Origin: Deltaproteobacteria bacterium
Lineage (GTDB): Bacteria > Desulfobacterota > Desulfobaccia > Desulfobaccales > 0-14-0-80-60-11
Assembly (NCBI GenBank): GCA_030018495.1
Contig: JASEFS010000001.1
Coordinates: 161,285-225,284, forward strand
DNA: 64,000 nt
Reading direction: 5' to 3'
The first letter of the stretch is position 1; each line of letters begins with the position of its first letter. Under the pieces are notes generated by a model. It was given only the letters and a program-made list of their open reading frames with translations, had not been told where the DNA came from and made no database searches. This document shows positions 36,955 through 45,269 of the stretch, in pieces. Made by a program: the position numbers and the translations under genes.

Positions 36955-38004
36955 ATGAATGGAAATGCAGAGCGAACTCTTAAGTTAATTCACAGCAAAC
37001 AGGCGAGCGAGCCGCTGCCGCAGGCGAACTCAGCCCGTGCCGCGGAGGAAGCCGCGGATCTTGAGCTTCTGGATGCCTATTCCCGGGCGGTCATCAGCGT
37101 GGTAGATCAGGTGGGGCCGGCGGTGGTCAACATCACCGCGGGTCCCCTTGTCCCCCGGCCGGGCGCGGAGCACATGGGCGCGGGCTCCGGGGTTATCATC
37201 GCGCCGGACGGCTATATTCTGACCAACAGCCATGTGGTGCAGAAGGCCGAACGCCTGCGCGTCACCCTCACCGAAGGCTCGACCCTGGCGGCAACCATGG
37301 TGGGTGCCGATCCGGCTACGGACTTGGCGGTTATCCGGGCCCATGGGTCACTTTTGCCCCACGCGGTGCTGGGGGATTCCGCCGCGCTCAGGGTCGGGCA
37401 ACTGGTTATAGCCATGGGGAACCCCCTGGGCTTCCAGTCGTCCGTGTCCACCGGCGTGGTGAGCGCGCTGGGCCGCTCTCTCAGGACGGTGGAAGGGCGG
37501 CTCATCGAAAACATCATCCAGCATACCGCGCCCTTGAATCCCGGCAATTCCGGTGGGCCGCTGACGGACTCCCGGGGCCGGGTGGTAGGGGTGAACACGG
37601 CCATTATCGCCATGGCCCAGGGGATCGGCTTCGCCATCCCGGCCAACACCGCTCAATGGGTGGTGACCCAGCTCATTTGCTACGGCCGGGTGCGCCGGGG
37701 CTTTTTGGGCATCAGCGGCCGCCAGCGCCCCCTGGACCGGCGCCTGGTGCGCTTCCACAACCTGACCGGGGATTTTGCCGTAGAGGTGATAGCGGTTGAC
37801 CCCAAGGGGCCGGCAAAGAAGGCCGGCGTGCGGGCCGGCGACCTCATTGTGGCTTTGAACGGCCAGCCGGTGGCCAGTGTGGACGACCTGCACCGCTTTC
37901 TGTCAGAGGGACCCTTTGATCAAGCCCTCAGCCTGGCGGTCATTCGGGGCAAGGAACGCCTGGAGTTAAGCGCCAGGCTGGCCGAAGCCCAAACCGCCGG
38001 GTAA
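36955..38004 (+). CDS. HtrA/DegP-family (S1C) serine protease with PDZ domain
   Basis: Catalytic motifs ILTNSHVV, DLAVIR, GNSGGPL; C-terminal PDZ. ATG 36955 (GGGAG upstream) preferred. No obvious signal peptide from that start. Confidence 0.85.
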   Translation: MNGNAERTLKLIHSKQASEPLPQANSARAAEEAADLELLDAYSRAVISVVDQVGPAVVNITAGPLVPRPGAEHMGAGSGVIIAPDGYILTNSHVVQKAERLRVTLTEGSTLAATMVGADPATDLAVIRAHGSLLPHAVLGDSAALRVGQLVIAMGNPLGFQSSVSTGVVSALGRSLRTVEGRLIENIIQHTAPLNPGNSGGPLTDSRGRVVGVNTAIIAMAQGIGFAIPANTAQWVVTQLICYGRVRRGFLGISGRQRPLDRRLVRFHNLTGDFAVEVIAVDPKGPAKKAGVRAGDLIVALNGQPVASVDDLHRFLSEGPFDQALSLAVIRGKERLELSARLAEAQTAG

Positions 38005-38009
38005 GTGAT

Positions 38010-38040
38010 TAGTGGTCGGTGGCCAGTGGTCAGTGGTCAG
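38010..38040. repeat. Heptamer tandem repeat, CAGTGGT family (about 4.5 units)
   Basis: tagtggt cggtggc cagtggt cagtggt cag, starting 6 nt after the protease stop. Confidence 0.85.
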
Positions 38041-38099
38041 AACCCAATATTTTGCAGGCGAGGGGCCTGGCTGCATTGATTTAATTTAGGAGGACTTTT

Positions 38100-38561
38100 A
38101 TGAATAAGGTGGTCTGGAGTATAATGCTGCTGCCGCTGCTCATCGGCTTGGCCGCGGGGCCTGCGGAGTCGGAGGAGAAGTGCAAACCCACCGACCCCGA
38201 TGCCCTGGGTCCATTTTATAAGCCTAACGCTCCCAGGCGCGACCGCGTTGGTCAGGGCTATGTCCTGAGCGGCGTGGTCAAATCCGCGGAAACGTGCCGT
38301 CCTGTCGCAGGGGCGCAGCTTGAGTTCTGGCTGGCGGGGCCGGACGGCAATTACGATGACGCGCACCGGGCCACGGTGATTGCGGATGAAAACGGCGCTT
38401 ACCGCTTTGAAAGCAACTTCCCGCCCCGGTACTCGGCCCGGCCGCCTCACATCCACATGCGCGTCACCGCGCCGGGTTTTCAGCCCCTGGTTGTGCAGCA
38501 CTACCCCAAGGAAGGCACGGCGCAGGGAGATTTCGAGGTGGTGCTCAGGCGGAAGCGGTAA
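38100..38561 (+). CDS. Secreted intradiol dioxygenase-like domain protein
   Basis: Signal peptide; GPFYKPNAPRRD...GAQLEFWLAGPDGNY...ENGAYRFESNFPPRY...RPPHIHMRV. Confidence 0.7.
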   Translation: MNKVVWSIMLLPLLIGLAAGPAESEEKCKPTDPDALGPFYKPNAPRRDRVGQGYVLSGVVKSAETCRPVAGAQLEFWLAGPDGNYDDAHRATVIADENGAYRFESNFPPRYSARPPHIHMRVTAPGFQPLVVQHYPKEGTAQGDFEVVLRRKR

Positions 38562-38745
38562 GTTTCATGAACCTGGTTCTAAGTGCTGGGTTTAGCCGGC
38601 TCTCTCCATGGGGAACGAAACGGTGGTCTTGCCGTCTTAATGTCCAGGGCATGCTGCGCTTTGCTTTCCCGCCTTACGCCGTCTACGCCCCTCTATGATC
38701 TCAGGTGACCTTGAGGCCGCTTAAAGTGACTTTCCCAGGCAGAGG

Positions 38746-39213
38746 CTATTTTTTTTCACCGTGCGGCGACATCAGGCCCCGGTCAGGCCGGACGCAGGCT
38801 TCGGGGCTGCACCATTCCGGCATGGGTTCGCCGGTGCCCTCTAGGGGACGCTCGAACTGATCCACCACCTGCCAGCCTTTTTCCTGCCATTCGGAAAGTT
38901 TTGGAGGCATTTTACCGCCGAAGGTGAATTGCTTGGGCCCTTTGGTGTCTAAAACGCGGACATCGATTTCCACGTCGCCTTTTTTGACCTTGTACCCCCA
39001 TTCGTAATTATCAGTGGTATTGGGAGTGGTGCTTTTGGCTACAAAGGAGATGGTGTTTCCTTCCTGCTTGACCGTGGAATAAGTCATGCAGCAGTCGCCG
39101 ATGCCGTAGCCGCCCGGCCCGGTCAAGCCGCCGCAGCCGCAGTTGGCCCGGACCAGTTCCAGTCCGTCTACGCGATAGCCCGTGTGAAGTTTTTCAACTG
39201 TAGGGTTTGCCAT
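38746..39213 (-). CDS. Hypothetical Cys-cluster protein (155 aa)
   Basis: ORF with CGCGGLTGPGGYGIGDCC motif near the N-terminus. No family recognised. Confidence 0.55.
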   Translation of the reverse strand: MANPTVEKLHTGYRVDGLELVRANCGCGGLTGPGGYGIGDCCMTYSTVKQEGNTISFVAKSTTPNTTDNYEWGYKVKKGDVEIDVRVLDTKGPKQFTFGGKMPPKLSEWQEKGWQVVDQFERPLEGTGEPMPEWCSPEACVRPDRGLMSPHGEKK

Positions 39214-39514
39214 GTGCTTTCCTCCTCAGCCTGAAAAATGGCTCTTCTTTTTCACGATAAGCACTAATTCACTAAATGCAACGGCTGGACTGATTCGAAG
39301 GGCAGGGCAGGGGAGGGTTTTTGTCAAGTTTAACCGGGCAAGCCCTTTAGTTCCGGAGAGCCCTGGCTTCCGCCTGTGGTCCACAGGCATGCTTCACAGG
39401 CAAGATGTCTGTGGTACCGAAATATTAATGAGAGGGAAGGGGAACTTGATGGAAGGGGGAGGCCTGTATCCCTGCCCTTACTGATTTAAGCTGTTCGCAG
39501 GTTATCGGAATTAC

Positions 39515-40375
39515 TCAATCGGCGTCGGCCAGTTTTCTGATGATTTCCGGAATGGTGGCGGCGGCCAGATGGGACAGGGACCCGCCGCCCAGGACTACCT
39601 GCAGAGGGATGCCGCATTCTTGGGCCGCCCGGATCATGAGGTCGCAAATCTCAAAGTAGGCGGCCTCGGTGAGGCCGAGGGAGCCGTAGTCTTCGGCGTG
39701 GGTGTCAAAGCCGTAATACCAGACCAGGAGGTCCGGCTTGAATTGAGAAATCCGGGGGAGTTCACGGCGCACCGCGTCCACGTATTCCCGGTCGGCGTCC
39801 GCGCCCCAGCTCAGGCGGTAAACGTCCACATCCACCTTGCTGCCGTCTTCTGAAAGGTAATTGGAGCCGCAGAAACAGACGTGGAGGACTTCGGGATCGG
39901 CGCTCACCAATTGCCGGGTGCCGTCGCCGTGATGGGCGTCGGTGTCAAAGATGGCGAAGCGGCGCCAGCTGCTGATCTCCCGGACATGGGTCAGGGCGAT
40001 GACCACATCGTTGAAGCAGCACGCCCCCCAGAACTGGCTGTAGCCCGCGTGGTGGCCGCCTGCGCCGATGAAGCAGAAAGCCCGGTCGATCTCCCCCTTG
40101 GCCAGGGCCTCCATGCCCGCCACCACCCCTCCCACCGATTCATAAGCCGTGCTGCAGAAGCCGTCCCGGGCCACCATGCGCAGCATCTCCGGGGCATGCA
40201 CCTTTAAAATCAACTCTTCCGGCACCCGCGGCGAAGTGAACATCTCCACGTTGGGGCGCTTGAGAAGTTCCTCCAAAGCCTCGGGGAAATCCCGCAGGCG
40301 GTTGCCGATGGTCATGTAGCTCTTGCGGCTAAAGGAGGGATGATAGAAAATGCCGATTTTTTTCATGTTCAACAT
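39515..40375 (-). CDS. Histone deacetylase/AcuC-family (arginase-deacetylase fold) protein
   Basis: GAGGHHAG...CCFNDVVIAL...FDTDAHHGDGT. Start ATG 40375 or 40366. Confidence 0.85.
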   Translation of the reverse strand: MLNMKKIGIFYHPSFSRKSYMTIGNRLRDFPEALEELLKRPNVEMFTSPRVPEELILKVHAPEMLRMVARDGFCSTAYESVGGVVAGMEALAKGEIDRAFCFIGAGGHHAGYSQFWGACCFNDVVIALTHVREISSWRRFAIFDTDAHHGDGTRQLVSADPEVLHVCFCGSNYLSEDGSKVDVDVYRLSWGADADREYVDAVRRELPRISQFKPDLLVWYYGFDTHAEDYGSLGLTEAAYFEICDLMIRAAQECGIPLQVVLGGGSLSHLAAATIPEIIRKLADAD

Positions 40376-40438
40376 TAGTTAAGAAAGCAAGTCCCAGCTT
40401 TCGAGAAAACTTCCGCTGCCGCGTCCCTAAATCCGCGT

Positions 40439-40891
40439 TCAGGCGAGATTCTCGGGGTCGCTGCCTGCTGATCGGACGATCCTTTCCCAAGCATCGTATT
40501 TGGGGAAGAAGATGTAAAACAGAAACAGGGAAAAGGCAAAAAAGATGTAGAAATCAAAAGAATTGCCGGTGAGCAGGAAGAGCACCAGGCCGTAAACGGC
40601 CACGGCTTCGCACAGGGCGAAGGTGATGATGGCCGCCTGCGGCAGATTTCGCGGCGATTGTTCGATGAGTTTTTGGGGAACGAAACGGATTAGGAAGTAG
40701 TTGCCCAGGGAAAGGAACGCGAACACGTAGGTCAGAAGGTTTGCGGTGCTTTTCGGCAAATCGGCAAACCCGGTAAAGGGGGCCAGCGCCCTTTTGAGGA
40801 CCTCCACCACCACGAGATAGGCGAAAACCGAGGCGATCAGGGCCAAGCCGATGAAGTTAACGGCCAAGTAGCGTTTTTTTAAGTTATCCAA
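40439..40891 (-). CDS. Hypothetical membrane protein (150 aa)
   Basis: Four hydrophobic helices. Same strand as its neighbours. Confidence 0.55.
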   Translation of the reverse strand: MDNLKKRYLAVNFIGLALIASVFAYLVVVEVLKRALAPFTGFADLPKSTANLLTYVFAFLSLGNYFLIRFVPQKLIEQSPRNLPQAAIITFALCEAVAVYGLVLFLLTGNSFDFYIFFAFSLFLFYIFFPKYDAWERIVRSAGSDPENLA

Positions 40892-40926
40892 ATTATTGTT
40901 CTTCTTTCACAATGGCGGTTTTATAT

Positions 40927-40963
40927 CACCCTCACCCTAACCTCTCCCTCAAGGGAGAGGGAA
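40927..40963. repeat. GC-rich hairpin repeat (CCTCTCCC-N-GGGAGAGG type), copy 2
   Basis: caccctcaccctaacctctccctcaagggagagggaa, with perfect stem cctctccct/agggagagg. Confidence 0.55.
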
Positions 40964-41064
40964 CATTAAGGGTTTTTGCCCGGCATTTGGACACGGCGAC
41001 TGGCAAAGAAAAGGCAAACACAGTTGGCCAAAGGCCTGGCATGTCACCAGCCCCTGTGTTCCCG

Positions 41065-41982
41065 CTAAGCCCCGAAGCGCTCCCCGGCCTTCGGGCTTCT
41101 GGCCTGAATGAAGTCCGGGGCCTTGACTTTGCCCAGGTCCTTGGTGCGGAAGCGGGTGACGAGCACCGCGCCGCCCTGAACCGCCACCTTGAGCCCCTTG
41201 TCCGTCACCTCCAGGATTTCGCCGGGCTGGGCGCTATGGGCTTCCTCCAGGAACTTGGCGTTGTAGAGCTTAACCTTTTCCCCGCGGAAGGTGGTGGTGG
41301 CGCCGGGCTGAGGGTCGGTGCCCCGGATGAAATTGAAAACCTGGCGGCCCGGCTTGTTCCAATCCAGGCCGGCCACCTTCTCGTCGCACGGCGGGTCGTA
41401 GGTGGCCTTAGAGTGGTCCTGAGGGATGCGAGGGGCTTGGCCCTTGGCGATGAGGTCCACAGCCTCCAGCACCGCGTCCACCCCCAGGGGATAGAGCTTG
41501 TTGAAATAGACTTCGCCGGTGGTTTCCGAAGGGCCGATCTCCACCTCCTTCTGGAGCAGGATGTCGCCGGTGTCGATGCCTTCGTCCACCCAGAAGATGG
41601 TAAGACCGCTTTTGGTTTCGCCGTTGATCACGGCCCAGTTGATGGCCGAAGCGCCCCGGTATTTGGGGAGGATGGAGGGGTGGTAGCAGATGGAGCCAAG
41701 TTTGGGGACAGCCAGCACCTTGCCCGGCACAATGTCGGTGACAAAGGCAAGCACCGCCAGGTCAGGGTTGAGGGAGACCATGCGGTCATAGGCCTCGGGG
41801 TCTTTCATACGCTTGGGTTGAAACACCGGAATGCCGGCATCAAGAGCCGCCTGTTTGATGGGATCGACCTTGTCGCCGCGGTCCGGGGGGCAAAACACCC
41901 CCACCACCTCCCGCCCCTGCTTGAGCAAACCCTTTAACACGTCCGCGCCAAAAGCTGCCTGACCGATCAACGCAATCCGCAT
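41065..41982 (-). CDS. Formyltransferase family protein (closer to the FDH N-terminal/ArnA-type than to canonical Fmt)
   Basis: ICYHPSILPKYRGASAINWAVINGETKSGLTIFWVDEGIDTGDILLQ; C-terminal Fmt_C-like domain. Confidence 0.8.
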   Translation of the reverse strand: MRIALIGQAAFGADVLKGLLKQGREVVGVFCPPDRGDKVDPIKQAALDAGIPVFQPKRMKDPEAYDRMVSLNPDLAVLAFVTDIVPGKVLAVPKLGSICYHPSILPKYRGASAINWAVINGETKSGLTIFWVDEGIDTGDILLQKEVEIGPSETTGEVYFNKLYPLGVDAVLEAVDLIAKGQAPRIPQDHSKATYDPPCDEKVAGLDWNKPGRQVFNFIRGTDPQPGATTTFRGEKVKLYNAKFLEEAHSAQPGEILEVTDKGLKVAVQGGAVLVTRFRTKDLGKVKAPDFIQARSPKAGERFGA

Positions 41983-41996
41983 GGCTTCCTCCCTTT

Positions 41997-42024
41997 CAGT
42001 GGCCAGTGGTCAGTGGCCAGTGAC
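41997..42024. repeat. Heptamer tandem repeat, CAGTGGT family (4 units)
   Basis: cagtggc cagtggt cagtggc cagtgac, 15 nt upstream of the minus-strand formyltransferase start. Confidence 0.85.
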
Positions 42025-42057
42025 CGGCAGTCAACAGCCGGTATTACCGCTCTCTTA

Positions 42058-42246
42058 CTAGTGGTGCTCTTCGGCCGGGGGTTCGGGCTGCATCTTGGCT
42101 GCCGCATAGCACAGCCCGCAGGCCGCCAGAATGGCGACCACCGACAGCAAAGCCCGGCCGGCGAAAAAGGCCGCAACAATGCAGGCAAACACCATAATGA
42201 TCAGAATGGCCTGTTTTTTCCGGAAATCTTGGGTTGCCTCCGCCAT
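42058..42246 (-). CDS. Small membrane protein (62 aa)
   Basis: ATG 42246 eight nt after AGGAGG. Two hydrophobic helices. Confidence 0.45.
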   Translation of the reverse strand: MAEATQDFRKKQAILIIMVFACIVAAFFAGRALLSVVAILAACGLCYAAAKMQPEPPAEEHH

Positions 42247-42289
42247 ATTCAAAACCTCCTATTATATTCAATAACAGCCTAAATCAACG

Positions 42290-43693
42290 TCAAGATTCCG
42301 CCACAGAATTAATGGCGTTATTCAGCCGGCGCAGACACTCCTCCTTGCCCAGGATGGGGATGAGCTCCGTCAGGCTGGGGCTGGCGCTCTTGCCGGTCAG
42401 GGCCACCCGCACGGGCTGGGCCAGGTCCACCAGCTTGCAGCCCTTGTCTGCGCAAATGTCCTTAAGCAGGTCAGTCAGAGATTCCTCAGAAAGCTCCTGT
42501 AGGGCTGACAGCCGGGCCGCGGTCTCCCGCAACAGAGGGACGGACGCGGGCGTCAGGAATTTTTTGGCCGCCTTCTCATCGTAGGGGCGGGGATCAAGAA
42601 AATAAAAACGGGCCGCGTCGGCCATTTCCACCAGTGTCTTGCTGCGCTTGTTCAGAGTAGGCACAATCCTGGCCACGTAATCCGGGTCGGGATTCTCCAC
42701 CCCGATAGCGGCCAGGAAGGGGGTAAGCAAAGCAGCCAGCTCCCGGGGCGGGGTCACCTTGATGTAGTGGCTGTTAAGCCACAACAGCTTCTCCTGGTCG
42801 AAAACGCCGGGGGATTTGCCCACGTGGTCCAGATCGAAATACTCGATGAGCTCGGCCATGGAGAAAATTTCCTGGTCGCCCCGGGACCATCCCAGGCGGG
42901 CCAGAAAATTGTTCAGGCTCTGGGGCAGTATCCCCTGTTCCCGGTACGCCAACACCGGGAGAGCCCCGTGCCGCTTGGAGAGCTTGGTCCGGTCCTTGCC
43001 CAGCATCAGGGGCATATGGGCAAACTCGGGAGGATCAACGCCATAGGCCTGGTATATGAGAATCTGCCGAGGGGTGTTGGAGATATGGTCGTCGCCCCGG
43101 ATGATATGGGTCACCCTCATGGTGATGTCATCCACCACCACCGCGAGGTTGTATGTGGGGATGCCGTCCGCCCGCATGATTACCAGGTCGTCCAGCTCCT
43201 GGTTGTCAAACGCAATGTGGCCTTTGATGCGGTCTTGCCAATGGGTGGTGCCGGTCTCAGGGGTCTTGAAGCGCACCGCGGTTCCGGGACCCGGGGCCAG
43301 GCCCCTCTCCCGGCAACGGCGGTTGTACCTGGGTTTCTCTCCTTTGGCCAGCGCCGCCTGGCGGCGGGTCTCCAGGTCTTCGGGATCGCAATCGCAGCAG
43401 TAGGCATGGCCGCTGTCCAACAGGCGCTTGACGTATTCATGGTAGATATCCAGGCGCTGGGACTGGCGGTACGGGCCTTCGTCCCAATTAAGGCCGAGCC
43501 ACCGCAGGGACTCCTGGATTTCCTCAACGAACTTTTCCTGGGAGCGCTCCCTGTCGGTGTCTTCAATGCGCAAAATGAACACACCGCCGAAGTGGCGGGC
43601 ATAAAGCCAGTTGAACAGCGCGGTGTGGGCGCCGCCCAGGTGCAGGGCCCCGGTGGGGCTGGGCGAAAAGCGGGTGCGTACCTGTGTCATCAT
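42290..43693 (-). CDS. gltX: Glutamate--tRNA ligase
   Basis: RFSPSPTGALHLGGAHTALFNW (HIGH-type) and KLSKRHG (KMSKS-type). Confidence 0.95.
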   Translation of the reverse strand: MMTQVRTRFSPSPTGALHLGGAHTALFNWLYARHFGGVFILRIEDTDRERSQEKFVEEIQESLRWLGLNWDEGPYRQSQRLDIYHEYVKRLLDSGHAYCCDCDPEDLETRRQAALAKGEKPRYNRRCRERGLAPGPGTAVRFKTPETGTTHWQDRIKGHIAFDNQELDDLVIMRADGIPTYNLAVVVDDITMRVTHIIRGDDHISNTPRQILIYQAYGVDPPEFAHMPLMLGKDRTKLSKRHGALPVLAYREQGILPQSLNNFLARLGWSRGDQEIFSMAELIEYFDLDHVGKSPGVFDQEKLLWLNSHYIKVTPPRELAALLTPFLAAIGVENPDPDYVARIVPTLNKRSKTLVEMADAARFYFLDPRPYDEKAAKKFLTPASVPLLRETAARLSALQELSEESLTDLLKDICADKGCKLVDLAQPVRVALTGKSASPSLTELIPILGKEECLRRLNNAINSVAES

Positions 43694-43874
43694 CTCACCA
43701 AAAACTTTGTCCTTATTATCACAAATTGAGGCTCAGGGGTAGGGGGTTTTAGAAGAATTCAAAATTAACCCTATTGAATTACCTTTTCCAGATGATTACC
43801 TGATTTCTAAGGAAATTGGCAAGGCCGGTCGGAAAAAAAGAAGACGCAATTCATACTAATGGAGGACTTTGAAT

Positions 43875-44249
43875 ATGAGAAGAAAACTGGTGATTGGAGT
43901 AGCTTTGCTGGTCCTGACGCTGGCCCTGCCCGGGATGGGACAAGCCCAGACCGCGGCATTGTGGGATGGTTCCCACTGGATGGAGCTGCCGCAGGAGGCC
44001 AAGATCGGCTATATCAAAGGGGTAGGGAATATGGCTGATTATGAGCACGCCGTCAGCGGCAAACAGGTAGGCCTTGTTACCAGAGCGCTGGAGGATCAAT
44101 GGAGGACCAAATCCATATCCACCATAGTCCAGGAAGTGGACAGGTTTTACCAGCAAAACCCTCAAGACAGGAATATGCCGGTTATCGAAGTGGTGCTCAG
44201 GTGCTGCAGCGGCCTGAAAATTCCGCCGGCCGGGGCTTCCAGAAGGTAA
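43875..44249 (+). CDS. Secreted hypothetical protein
   Basis: ATG 43875 eight nt after GGAGGA. Signal peptide MRRKLVIGVALLVLTLALPGMGQA. Confidence 0.6.
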   Translation: MRRKLVIGVALLVLTLALPGMGQAQTAALWDGSHWMELPQEAKIGYIKGVGNMADYEHAVSGKQVGLVTRALEDQWRTKSISTIVQEVDRFYQQNPQDRNMPVIEVVLRCCSGLKIPPAGASRR

Positions 44250-44284
44250 ATCGGTTTTCCCATGAAATTATCAAGGAGATGATA

Positions 44285-44509
44285 ATGCGAAAGATTGTGG
44301 CATTAATATTGGTTGCGGTGATGTTTTTGGGAGGCTGCGCAGGCATGTCCCCTACTGAGCAGCGCGTGCTGAGCGGCGGCGCCATCGGCGCGGGCGGCGG
44401 CGCGCTAATCGGTGCCGCGGCAGGCTCTCCGGGCACCGGCGCCGCGGTAGGAGCAGGAGCCGGTGCACTCGGCGGCTACCTGTACGACCTGTACCAAAGG
44501 CCCCGATGA
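44285..44509 (+). CDS. Glycine-zipper lipoprotein (74 aa)
   Basis: Lipobox FLGGC. GAIGAGGGALIGAAAGSPGTGAAVGAGAGALGG. AAGGAG RBS. Confidence 0.7.
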   Translation: MRKIVALILVAVMFLGGCAGMSPTEQRVLSGGAIGAGGGALIGAAAGSPGTGAAVGAGAGALGGYLYDLYQRPR

Positions 44510-44680
44510 AAAAATCTGACTTCTAAATTATCATTAATTAATTCTGCTCACCGGGGGAGCGGCATATAAGACAACCGCCTGGAAGTTTATGTACCTCAAA
44601 ATTTCAGGTGACGTAAAGCTGCTTGCAAAGAGCCGAATTGCCTCCCCTCGGTAGAGCTTTTCCCGACAGCGGCTAATCCA

Positions 44681-44983
44681 TTACTTGGCGGTCGGCGGCG
44701 TTTTGGAGAACTGCTTGGCTATTACTTTGCCGTTGACAAACTGAACCGATATCACTGTATCGCCCTTTTTCCAAACCGAAGTTGTGCCTGCGAATACCGC
44801 CACGTCAACCCCGGAGGATTCGGTGGGCGGCCCCAGAATGGCTTGCACCTCGGCCTCAGTCATGCCGGTTTTGATCTTATCGAAGTTGGCTTTACTGATT
44901 TTGTTTTCGCCGCAAGAAGCCGTGATCAAAGCCAAGGCCAGGAGAACGGAAAGTATGCGCCACCTGCGAAAACTGTTTTTCAT
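44681..44983 (-). CDS. Small lipoprotein (SmpA/OmlA- or DUF3862-like)
   Basis: ATG 44983. Lipobox ITASC. KANFDKIKTGMTEAEVQAILGPP motif. Confidence 0.65.
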   Translation of the reverse strand: MKNSFRRWRILSVLLALALITASCGENKISKANFDKIKTGMTEAEVQAILGPPTESSGVDVAVFAGTTSVWKKGDTVISVQFVNGKVIAKQFSKTPPTAK

Positions 44984-45207
44984 AACTTCCCCCTGAATCA
45001 AATCTCCTGCCATAATAACCGAGATAGCCCAAAAAATCATAAAGAATTGTTCCAGACCGGAGCTGATCAGGCGGACGGGCTCAGGGACAGGCAGCCTCGG
45101 CTGTCCACCCCGGCAGGCAAAGGCGCCTGACCCGGAGGTGACCATGAACTTTCCGGAACATCTGCAATATAACGGCCCTTATCTGAAATTGTGACTTTTT
45201 GCAGGTC

Positions 45208-45250
45208 AAAAAAAAGCGAGAGAGACATTCGAATTGGCTATCTCTCTCGC
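45208..45250 (-). terminator. Rho-independent terminator of the oxidoreductase operon
   Basis: On the minus strand: gcgagagag-17 nt loop-ctctctcgc followed by T8, about 20 nt after the stop of the 1131-aa gene. Confidence 0.7.
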
Positions 45251-45269
45251 CGGATCAGGAGGGCTGCTG

